The translations under genes and the position numbers were made by a program. From assembly GCA_021806615.1 (NCBI GenBank), contig JAJZRB010000004.1, forward strand, positions 7,664 to 71,663: a DNA stretch of 64,000 nucleotides, given 5' to 3'. Position 1 is the stretch's first letter; every line of letters starts with the position of its first letter. This document shows, piece after piece, positions 37,052 through 44,331 of the stretch. The notes under the pieces were generated by a model, which saw nothing but the letters and a program-made list of their open reading frames with translations, made no database searches and was not told the origin of the DNA. The stretch comes from a bacterium (GTDB lineage: Bacteria; Patescibacteriota; Patescibacteriia; Patescibacteriales; UBA12465).

Positions 37052-38476
37052 TTAAAATCTTATATTTTTTAGTAATTTATTCATCTCCGCCAAGCGGCCA
37101 TGATACCGCTGGGACCAACACCGCAGCTCTAGCAGTTCATAATACTCTCTAAGGTCGCGGAATTCCTCTTTGAATCTTAAAAAGCTCTTTTTAAGGGGAG
37201 AGGAGGCTGGTAATCTGTCTAACTTATCGGAAATCTGCAGCATCCTATTCTTATATTCCCGGCGTATAGGCATCGAATCAAAGGGGTGTGGCATGTGAAG
37301 ATAGAAACCGGTTTCCTCAATCAGTCCGCTAGTTTTCGCCGGGTTAAGATTGAGGCTTCTCTTTAGGATATCGTGGTCCTGGCAGACGAATTTAAAATGG
37401 AACAACCGTACCAGGTCATCCTCGGTCACCAGGGCCGGATCTAAAAAATCATGGAACGAGCGACTCGCAAATCTGCGGAGATTCTTCAGATAGCTATCAA
37501 GCTGCTTCGGCTTAACCTTCGGCCTTCTGTTTTCTCTTTCAGCCAATAGCTTATCAATGCTGTATTTCACGAACGCCGTGCTAGATTCTACTACTATCTG
37601 CCCGACCAGGTCCGGTCGGTTAGAAAACGGGGGCACCTTTCTGCTGCTGAAGACAAAATCAAGCTTAGACTCCCCGACTATCCTGAGGGGGCAGAATAAG
37701 ACACCGATTTTCCAGGCGGCATCCTTATAGAATGATTTAAAAATAATCTCCAGGACATTCAAGGTCCGGCCCCGGCTTACGGCCTCGTCTATAACGTATA
37801 TCCTGTTCCCTCTTATCTCCCGAGCGAATTCAGTTTCCGATAAGACGATATTAAGCAGATCTCTAGTATCATGCGTGATGTCCGATAGGCTGTCTAAGAT
37901 ATAAGCGATGTTTCTCTTCCTAAAATCATAGAATTCCTTAGGACTGCCGTCTTCGGGCAGATAACGCCCGGAACGGCGCGTCTTAGGAATAACCCCGGCT
38001 TCGGCCAGATTAGATTCGTCTTCGCTCGGCACATACAGGCCGATAGTGCCTATCTTCTCTATAATCTCCCTCAGGCTGAGTGATTCGAGCTGGCCGATGT
38101 CTATAGCTTTTAACAACTCTCTTCTGGATCGTACGGGCAAGGCGGCGACGGCTTTTCTAAAACCGGCCGCCTGGGCCCTGGACAAGCGCCGGCGTCTTTC
38201 GCTTGGTTTCAAAATAGTGCAGATCTGCTTACTCAGCGGGGATTTAACGGCCGCGGTCACTTTAGAAGAAAATATCTTCGCCGCAGATTTTTTTTGTCCG
38301 GCCACCAGCTTCTCAAAGACATGCTTCAACGGCAAAGCGCCGGCTTCAGGAAAGAAAAAGACGGCCGCCCCTTCTTTCTCGGCGCGATCAGCCATCAAAA
38401 GAACGGCGGACACCATATCCTTCATCGTGATCTTGGAAACAAACCTTTTTTTATCAGGCTCCGGGTAAATATCCAT
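37052..38476 (-). CDS. hypothetical protein with type I phosphoribosyltransferase-like PRPP-loop motif
   Basis: 474 aa. RIYVIDEAVSRGRTLNVL fits the PRTase pattern (hydrophobic x4, acidic pair, then G/R-x-T). The N-terminal AVFFFPEAGALPL resembles the first PRTase strand-loop. The rest of the protein was not recognised. Confidence 0.4.
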   Translation of the reverse strand: MDIYPEPDKKRFVSKITMKDMVSAVLLMADRAEKEGAAVFFFPEAGALPLKHVFEKLVAGQKKSAAKIFSSKVTAAVKSPLSKQICTILKPSERRRRLSRAQAAGFRKAVAALPVRSRRELLKAIDIGQLESLSLREIIEKIGTIGLYVPSEDESNLAEAGVIPKTRRSGRYLPEDGSPKEFYDFRKRNIAYILDSLSDITHDTRDLLNIVLSETEFAREIRGNRIYVIDEAVSRGRTLNVLEIIFKSFYKDAAWKIGVLFCPLRIVGESKLDFVFSSRKVPPFSNRPDLVGQIVVESSTAFVKYSIDKLLAERENRRPKVKPKQLDSYLKNLRRFASRSFHDFLDPALVTEDDLVRLFHFKFVCQDHDILKRSLNLNPAKTSGLIEETGFYLHMPHPFDSMPIRREYKNRMLQISDKLDRLPASSPLKKSFLRFKEEFRDLREYYELLELRCWSQRYHGRLAEMNKLLKNIRF

Positions 38477-38480
38477 AGAA

Positions 38481-39380
38481 TTATTTCCAAGGATCAGACT
38501 GGCCGATAAATTCTGTCTCCAGTCCTAATTTATTAAAATAATCCTGCATTTCATTGACTAAGACCAGCTTCTCAGTCGCATAGTGAGAGCATTCTACTAA
38601 ATTTATAGGCAAAGAATCTTTTATCGCTTCAAATTCCGCCCGATGGCGCAGTGAATTCTCGGTTTTTACCTTATTCAGGAAATCTCCTGATAGATAAGTA
38701 TCGCAACCGGCGTCGATCGTTTCCTTGATGTATTCCACTTCTGCCCCGCCGCCGGCGATAATGCCGATCCGATAGACATCGGGAAGCCGCTGTATAAAGT
38801 GAACGTCATTAATATTGAATATAGCTTTTACGCGCTCAATGAATCCATGGAAGGGTATTTTCTCTTCCAAGCTCCCGAAAATTCCGGCGAAGCCGACTGA
38901 ACACCGGCTATATTCTTTATAATCCTGCAGCTTGAGAGCCTTGGCGATAGCCCGGCCGGTCGAAATTGTCTGATGTATATCTAGCGGGGAGTGCAAGGAA
39001 TAAACGGATATCCGGCGCCGCCGCATTTCTGCCAGATACCTCTCTTCTAACGGCAGGAAACCACGATTGCCAGACTCCATGTCCATCGGGTGATGTAAAA
39101 AAAACAAGGTATCGGAAATACCTTGAGAAAAGATTTTATCCAATATTTCCCCGCTTAAGAATACGGCGAGATATACTTTAGAGACAGAATCGCCATTTTC
39201 CAACATCAGGCCGTGGAAACTCCGTAAGAATTGCGCCGTCATATAACGACGGAAATCAATCCTGGCGGCATCGTATAATTTCGGCAAAAGGCGCCGGAAT
39301 GGTTCGTCCGGCGGTATATTTTCTATATCAAACTCCGCATCAAGCTGATGGACGATAAATCCTAAATTCATATTAGTCAA
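38481..39380 (-). CDS. NIF3 / GTP cyclohydrolase I type 2 homolog family (dinuclear metal centre protein)
   Basis: 299 aa. LFFLHHP, LHSPLDIH, IIAGGG, TYLSGD and ECSHYATEK align with the YbgI/NIF3 blocks VHHG, WHLPLDAH, TGGG, ITGE and GHHATE. Confidence 0.7.
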   Translation of the reverse strand: MTNMNLGFIVHQLDAEFDIENIPPDEPFRRLLPKLYDAARIDFRRYMTAQFLRSFHGLMLENGDSVSKVYLAVFLSGEILDKIFSQGISDTLFFLHHPMDMESGNRGFLPLEERYLAEMRRRRISVYSLHSPLDIHQTISTGRAIAKALKLQDYKEYSRCSVGFAGIFGSLEEKIPFHGFIERVKAIFNINDVHFIQRLPDVYRIGIIAGGGAEVEYIKETIDAGCDTYLSGDFLNKVKTENSLRHRAEFEAIKDSLPINLVECSHYATEKLVLVNEMQDYFNKLGLETEFIGQSDPWK

Positions 39381-40506
39381 TCAGATTCATTAGCTCGTTA
39401 GGGTCGTCTTCTAAATCATACAACTCGACCTTATCGCTTTTCAAATGAAAGATAATCTTATACTTATTGGCGATACGCAGTGATTTCTTGTTCCTAGCAT
39501 GGGAGAATCTCCCTTTTGTGGCCGCGGTCTGCTCTTCGGGATAGAAGGTCTCGGAGTATCCGGCCAAATGGCGGCGGCTCTTATGGCGCAAAAATGGAAC
39601 CAGAGAAACTCCATCGAATTGCCCGGCTTCATATTTGACGCCGAGCAGGCTCAGGATAGTCGGCGCCACGTCTACCAACCGCACTTGATTGCTGATTGAA
39701 GCCCGCGGCTTGGCATTCTTATCAACGACGATGAACACGACTTTTTGGGTCTGATCATATAGAAGACAGCCGTGCCCGGATTCTTCCGGATGCCCCAGCT
39801 TTTTCCCGCCTTTATCATTAGGATACAATCCGGCTAAGTCTTCGCCATGGTCGGAAAAGCAGACAATGGTCGTATTATCCGAGAGACCGGTTTTTTCCAA
39901 ATAATCAAGGAATTCTTGCAAATAATGGTCGGCGTAGGCGATTTCTGTTTCATAGACATTATGGCCGCCATATTTTTTAGGAGCTTTATACGGCCAATGG
40001 GCGTCGAAAAAATGAAGGAACAGAAAAAAATTCTTGTCCCGATTATGCTCAAGCCATTTGATCCCGCGGCTGACGACCATATCCGCCCTCTTTAAAGCGG
40101 TCCCGCGGACCTTCACATCCACTGTTTTAAGCGGATCTGAACCGTCGGATAATCTCGGAATTTCATCATCATAAATGTCAAAACCCTTAGAAAAACCATA
40201 CCATTTATTCATCCCCGGGCAAGAAACGACCGCTCCGGTCCGATAACCTCGGAGCTTGAGGATCTGAGCCAATGTTTTAACGCCGGGCTTTATCTTTTCC
40301 TTGAAAAGATGGCGCACGCCATGATTATACGGTTGCCGTCCGGTAAAAACCGTCGCATGGCTGACTGGGGTCAGAGGCGAAGATGAAATAGAATTCAGGA
40401 AAGTAGCTCCGAGCTTACGTAAACGATCGATAGCCGGGAACTGGCCGGAATAGGCGACATCGGCTCTCACCGTATCTAAGGAGATTAAAATCAAATTTTT
40501 TTTCAT
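39373..40506 (-). CDS. sulfatase-family (alkaline phosphatase superfamily) enzyme with Thr at the nucleophile position; cytoplasmic
   Basis: 377 aa with LISLDTVRAD, SSPLTPVSHATVFTG (T-P-x-S-H instead of C-x-P-S-R) and VCFSDHGEDL. It has no signal peptide. Its 3' end overlaps the NIF3 gene start by 8 nt. Confidence 0.75.
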   Translation of the reverse strand: MKKNLILISLDTVRADVAYSGQFPAIDRLRKLGATFLNSISSSPLTPVSHATVFTGRQPYNHGVRHLFKEKIKPGVKTLAQILKLRGYRTGAVVSCPGMNKWYGFSKGFDIYDDEIPRLSDGSDPLKTVDVKVRGTALKRADMVVSRGIKWLEHNRDKNFFLFLHFFDAHWPYKAPKKYGGHNVYETEIAYADHYLQEFLDYLEKTGLSDNTTIVCFSDHGEDLAGLYPNDKGGKKLGHPEESGHGCLLYDQTQKVVFIVVDKNAKPRASISNQVRLVDVAPTILSLLGVKYEAGQFDGVSLVPFLRHKSRRHLAGYSETFYPEEQTAATKGRFSHARNKKSLRIANKYKIIFHLKSDKVELYDLEDDPNELMNLID

Positions 40507-40511
40507 AAATT

Positions 40512-41525
40512 TTATTGGCCAATTTTCGCGACATACGATGTATCCACGTGATCTTTCATGATGACGCGCTGATTCACTAATTTTTGAGAATAGATAAAAT
40601 CGGCCGCATCCTGCAGGTTCTTTAGATCATCTTCGCTGAAATTGATGCTTATCCTATTCAGCGGGTTCAAATTCGGTTCTAGGCTGGCGGAAATTTCCAT
40701 GGCTGGCGGAGTGATGTCCAGCTTAGCCTCATCAATGAACCATTTATCCGCTTGTCCGATATTCTGACGGTAAAAATCATAGGTTTCATAGAAAGCTTGT
40801 AAAAATTCCTCCGGCGCTGAGGGGTGTTCGGCGATGAACTTCTTAGACATCATGATAACGGATACGACTTTGCCGACCTGCAGGTTTCTCACCAAGCCTT
40901 TGTCTTCAAAAATGGCCGGCGTCGGGTCAAACCCGGCCATGGCATCTATATTTCCCCATTGAACGGCCTCCTTATCGCGCACTAAATCGCTCTGTTCATA
41001 AATTCCCAAGTTAATATTCTTAACATCTTTTTCTGGATTAAGGCCGGCGTCTTGTTCTGCTTTCAAGGCCATTCTCTGCGCGGCGGCGCCAAAAGGCATA
41101 GCGACCGTCTTCCCTTTCAATTCCGCGACAGATTTAATCGGAGAAAGCGGCGGAACGTACAACGAGACGCGATTATACATCAAGCGTCCGATTATCACCC
41201 AATCGGGATTCTTGGCTAATAGAGTAGCGGCCGGCTGATCGGCTGTGAAGATAACGTCGACATTGCCCGCTAAAGCCGCTTCGTTCAAAGGAGCGCCGGA
41301 AGCAAATCCCTTGAATTCTCCGGCTAAGCCATGGCTATCTAGGAAAGAGGTGTGTTTGAGGATCTGCGCCAGTTGCCCCTCAACGGCCCATGGTATCTGC
41401 CAACCTATCCTGATCGCGGTCAAGGCGCTTCCGTCCTGCTTATGGCCGTTTGATCTCCATAACGCGAAAACACCAAATAAAATAAGCGCTAGAATAACGA
41501 CATAAATAATAACTTTTTTGGACAT
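40512..41525 (-). CDS. ABC transporter substrate-binding protein, NMT1/SsuA/TauA-like, N-terminally anchored
   Basis: 337 aa with an N-terminal TM anchor, IRIGWQIPWAVEGQ, GNVDVIFTADQPA, and LKGKTVAMPFGAAAQ type-2 periplasmic-binding-protein blocks. Confidence 0.6.
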   Translation of the reverse strand: MSKKVIIYVVILALILFGVFALWRSNGHKQDGSALTAIRIGWQIPWAVEGQLAQILKHTSFLDSHGLAGEFKGFASGAPLNEAALAGNVDVIFTADQPAATLLAKNPDWVIIGRLMYNRVSLYVPPLSPIKSVAELKGKTVAMPFGAAAQRMALKAEQDAGLNPEKDVKNINLGIYEQSDLVRDKEAVQWGNIDAMAGFDPTPAIFEDKGLVRNLQVGKVVSVIMMSKKFIAEHPSAPEEFLQAFYETYDFYRQNIGQADKWFIDEAKLDITPPAMEISASLEPNLNPLNRISINFSEDDLKNLQDAADFIYSQKLVNQRVIMKDHVDTSYVAKIGQ

Positions 41526-41557
41526 AAAATTTAAAATTAGATCGGCTTTACTTTACT

Positions 41558-41586
41558 AATTTACATTATTATGGCTATTTAGTCAA
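41558..41586 (-). promoter_or_regulatory. sigma70-like promoter for the SBP-led operon
   Basis: On the minus strand, TTGACT (41586-41581), a 17-nt spacer, then TAAATT (41563-41558), ~30 nt upstream of the ATG at 41525. Confidence 0.35.
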
Positions 41587-41665
41587 TTAACACAACGCTA
41601 AATTTAATTTAATATTATTTACAAATATCTTCTTAAACTCATCCGGGTCATGGATCTAGGACTTA

Positions 41666-41740
41666 CGAAAAACCCCCATAAACAAAAGACGAAGCGAGCA
41701 TATAGCCCCGCTTCGTCCCGATCTCGCGGAGAGTGCGGGA
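41666..41740 (-). repeat. direct repeat copy A: duplicated tRNA-Ser 3' end (~15 nt) plus terminator hairpin
   Basis: Hand alignment to 43366-43437 gives ~63 identical of ~75 columns. It includes gcggagagtg (tRNA acceptor 3' strand), cttcgtcccg and ataaacaaaagacg. On the minus strand it has a 9-bp hairpin GACGAAGCG...CGCTTCGTC followed by TTTTGTTTAT. It serves as the terminator of the HD gene. Confidence 0.75.
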
Positions 41741-41778
41741 CACTATCAGAACTGAAATGAGAAGAAATGCTGATAAAC

Positions 41779-42441
41779 TTATTCAATCCCTCTAACTTCT
41801 TGCCAAAACCTATTAAAATAAGCGGCCATAAAATCATGTCTGGCTTTAGCTATTTTTTTTCCGGTTTTTGTTAGTATTTTATTCTTTATATTTTTTAACT
41901 TGAACTCATATTCCATGATAGCCGTATCGTCAACAGTATAGGCCTTGTCTTTCTTTAACTTAACTAGTTTTTTCTCATTTCCGGTATATAGGGCGTGTCG
42001 TAGATAGCCGGCAAATAGAAAATCACGACCGATGCCGACCGCCCCAATAGAATCAAGCTTATCAGCATCGAATAAGACTTTAGCTTCAATTGTTTTTGGG
42101 ATATTATTATTTCTATATCTGTGGCTAATAATACAATGGAGAATATTATCTAGTATATTTTGATCTAAATTATATTTTTTTAAAATTTTATTAGCCAGTT
42201 CGGCTCCCTTTTCGGCATGACAAAATTTTCCCCGGCTGACCATTTCCTCTTTACGACCGATATCATGTAATAGACAAGCCACCATCAAAACAGATAAATC
42301 TGCTTTCTCTTTTTTACCAATATTCATAGCTAAATTACAGACACGCTCGACATGAGTCCAGTCATGGCAACCGCTAGCACCAATAAAAAACTTCTTAGCT
42401 TCCTTTTCTATTTTTTGAATGATTTCTCGGCTGATTTTCAT
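41779..42441 (-). CDS. HD-domain metal-dependent phosphohydrolase
   Basis: ORF track gives 41779..42489. I prefer ATG at 42441 (MKISREIIQKIEKEAKKFF). It has HDWTHVERV ... LLHDIGR (the H...HD motif) and FDADKLDSIG. The gene is AT-rich. Confidence 0.8.
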   Translation of the reverse strand: MKISREIIQKIEKEAKKFFIGASGCHDWTHVERVCNLAMNIGKKEKADLSVLMVACLLHDIGRKEEMVSRGKFCHAEKGAELANKILKKYNLDQNILDNILHCIISHRYRNNNIPKTIEAKVLFDADKLDSIGAVGIGRDFLFAGYLRHALYTGNEKKLVKLKKDKAYTVDDTAIMEYEFKLKNIKNKILTKTGKKIAKARHDFMAAYFNRFWQEVRGIE

Positions 42442-42534
42442 ATTTTTCAAAACTATTGACCTATTTCTCAGTATATAATATAATAACAATGTAGTTGAAA
42501 GACTACCGTCCCCTAAACGATACTAGGATTGTAT

Positions 42535-43197
42535 TCACACCTCCGCGCAAGCGGAGTGTTTTTTTATTCCGGCGTTTTCTAGCCTTAAAAAGCCACCCAA
42601 TGTTTCAGCGGGGATAAAAACATCAGCTACTGCCTGCAGCTCTTTGCTCATCCTATTTCTAGTGCAAACGACAATAACTTTTTTACCCTTACTTTTTAAG
42701 TAGCTGAGTAGCCCGCCAAAATCGCTATCGCCAGAGAAAAGCATGACCGTATCGTATTTTTCGGACTTGGTGATCATATCCATGGTTATCTCTACATCGA
42801 AATTACATTTTGGAACTTTATTTAAGAAAACACCGGATTCATCATAATGCGGAATCATCTTAATATCTTTAGTCTTAACTTCAAATCCATTCTTTCTGGC
42901 TTTGTCTAATCTGAACATTGAAGCGCGATATTTTTTATTATTATCGTGCTCTTTTGAAAAATTTGTATTTTCTAAATAACGTCCGTAATAAAATAGTCTC
43001 TTTATCGGGAAGACCCAATTAATAATTTCTGCCAATTTTGCAATGTCTACTTCTTGACTAATTCTGAACTTATTTTCTTCCGGCCATAACTCTTTGGCCC
43101 AAGGACGCACATTGCCAAAATCAACAAAAACATAGACACGACCGAAGTCTGCCTTTTTAAATAAATAATATTCGGCTTTTAGTTCAACAAAATTCAT
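42535..43197 (-). CDS. NYN (LabA/DUF88-like) domain protein, predicted RNase
   Basis: 220 aa with VYVFVDFGNV (N-terminal Asp strand), FDVEITMDM and VMLFSGDSDFGGLLSYLKSKGKKVIVV, the typical LabA-like NYN pattern. The gene is AT-rich. Confidence 0.7.
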   Translation of the reverse strand: MNFVELKAEYYLFKKADFGRVYVFVDFGNVRPWAKELWPEENKFRISQEVDIAKLAEIINWVFPIKRLFYYGRYLENTNFSKEHDNNKKYRASMFRLDKARKNGFEVKTKDIKMIPHYDESGVFLNKVPKCNFDVEITMDMITKSEKYDTVMLFSGDSDFGGLLSYLKSKGKKVIVVCTRNRMSKELQAVADVFIPAETLGGFLRLENAGIKKHSACAEV

Positions 43198-43365
43198 ACT
43201 CCCAATATATCACAAGACGAGAGGAAGATAAATCTATTTTTTTGTATTTTGGCTCGAACTGGACTTTGGAAACAGAAAAAATTGAAATGTTAGCATATAA
43301 ATGGTTAATACAATAACAAAAATTACAAACACTCCTTAACGACAAAATAGCAAGGTTGGAACTGG

Positions 43366-43437
43366 CGAAAACCCCTATAAACAAAAGACGGAGCGAGCTT
43401 TTAGACTCACTTCGTCCCGTACTGCGGAGAGTGAGGG
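43366..43437 (-). repeat. direct repeat copy B: genuine tRNA-Ser 3' end plus its terminator
   Basis: Partner of 41666-41740. On the minus strand the hairpin GACGAAGTGAG...CTCGCTCCGTC is followed by TTTTGTTTAT immediately 3' of the tRNA. Confidence 0.75.
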
Positions 43438-43508
43438 ATTCGAACCCTCGATACCTTGCGGTATACGCGCTTTCCAAGCGCGCGCACTCGACCACTATGC
43501 GAACTCTC
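43424..43508 (-). tRNA. tRNA-Ser (anticodon GGA), long variable arm, no encoded CCA
   Basis: Hand-folded sequence: GGAGAGT-TC-GCA-TAGTGGTCGAG-TGC-G-CGCGC-TTGGAAA-GCGCG-TATACCGCAAGGTATC-GAGGG-TTCGAAT-CCCTC-ACTCTCC-G. It has a 7-bp acceptor stem, a 3-bp D stem (Ser type), anticodon loop TT-GGA-AA, a 16-nt variable arm and a TTCGAAT T-loop. Confidence 0.9.
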
Positions 43509-43548
43509 CTTATAGCTGAAGACGCGTCTTAAACGATCAATCGTCTCG

Positions 43549-44316
43549 CTAAATATTGCTTAGCTTCTTCTGTATGACCGTCTTCAAGCCCTCTATCTTA
43601 TCGCCATTAGAATCAGTGAAGTCGGCATATGGCCGGGCGCCGAGTATCATCTCGGAGCCGATGAATAAAGTCGGCGCTCCCTGGACGGAATAAGTCTTAG
43701 CTTCTTCTATGGACTGTTCTATTTTTCCTGATTTTTCTTCATTAGTCAAGCAGGCCTGGAAACTATAATCATTCAAGCCTATCTGCTTAGCATAAGAGGC
43801 GAAATCGGCACTTCCGGCTTGCTGGTTCTTCGCGCGCGCGAATAACAGCGCTCTCATTTCCCGCCACTTCCCTTGCGCGTAAGCGCAGTCTACGGCCGCG
43901 GCCGCCTGGATAGCGGACGAGGAATTACTAAGGGCGAAAGGGCGGATAACGAGCGCCAGCTTATTCCCGACTTCAACGCTGATCTTTTCCAGAGTATCGG
44001 CCAAAGCGGCGCTGTAAGGGTTAGTATAATCTTCATAGACGAAAACCTTAAGCGGCGCGGACGCGGAACCGAAGATCTTATCGTTAGGGCGCACAACCGG
44101 CGCTTGAGAAGCCAGATAGCTCTGGGCTTTTACGCCGGAAGAGCCATCGGCGGCGATAGGCGCCGCGCCGTATTCTGCCGGAGCTGATTTTTGGGCGCTC
44201 TCAAATACTATTATCAAGACGATAATGATCAGTGCCAAGGCTACGACAGTGGGCAAAAGATGGACCTTATTCTTCCGTAGCCAATGGGAAAATGATTTAA
44301 TGACGTTCTCGCTCAT
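43549..44316 (-). CDS. membrane-anchored DsbA/thioredoxin-fold protein lacking the CxxC active site
   Basis: 255 aa with an N-terminal TM anchor. YEDYTNPYSAAL sits where DsbA-family proteins have F.D..CPFC. The downstream blocks AVDCAYAQGKWREM and VQGAPTLFIG match the DsbA/Thioredoxin_4 layout. Confidence 0.65.
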   Translation of the reverse strand: MSENVIKSFSHWLRKNKVHLLPTVVALALIIIVLIIVFESAQKSAPAEYGAAPIAADGSSGVKAQSYLASQAPVVRPNDKIFGSASAPLKVFVYEDYTNPYSAALADTLEKISVEVGNKLALVIRPFALSNSSSAIQAAAAVDCAYAQGKWREMRALLFARAKNQQAGSADFASYAKQIGLNDYSFQACLTNEEKSGKIEQSIEEAKTYSVQGAPTLFIGSEMILGARPYADFTDSNGDKIEGLKTVIQKKLSNI

Positions 44317-44331
44317 ATTTTTATATTTATT

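Noticed and set aside
41619-41837. 72-aa minus-strand ORF spanning the repeat copy A region
   Set aside because: It overlaps the HD gene 3' end and the terminator hairpin with the tRNA-fragment repeat. The sequence is better explained as non-coding.
41741-43423. Search for an integrase, recombinase or transposase that would make the tRNA-flanked cassette an autonomous element
   Set aside because: Only the HD and NYN ORFs fit in the interval. No tyrosine- or serine-recombinase motifs occur in any frame. It is therefore reported only as a remnant or satellite-like island.
43184-43495. 103-aa minus-strand ORF
   Set aside because: It runs through the tRNA-Ser gene and its terminator, and it overlaps the NYN gene start. 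It is spurious.
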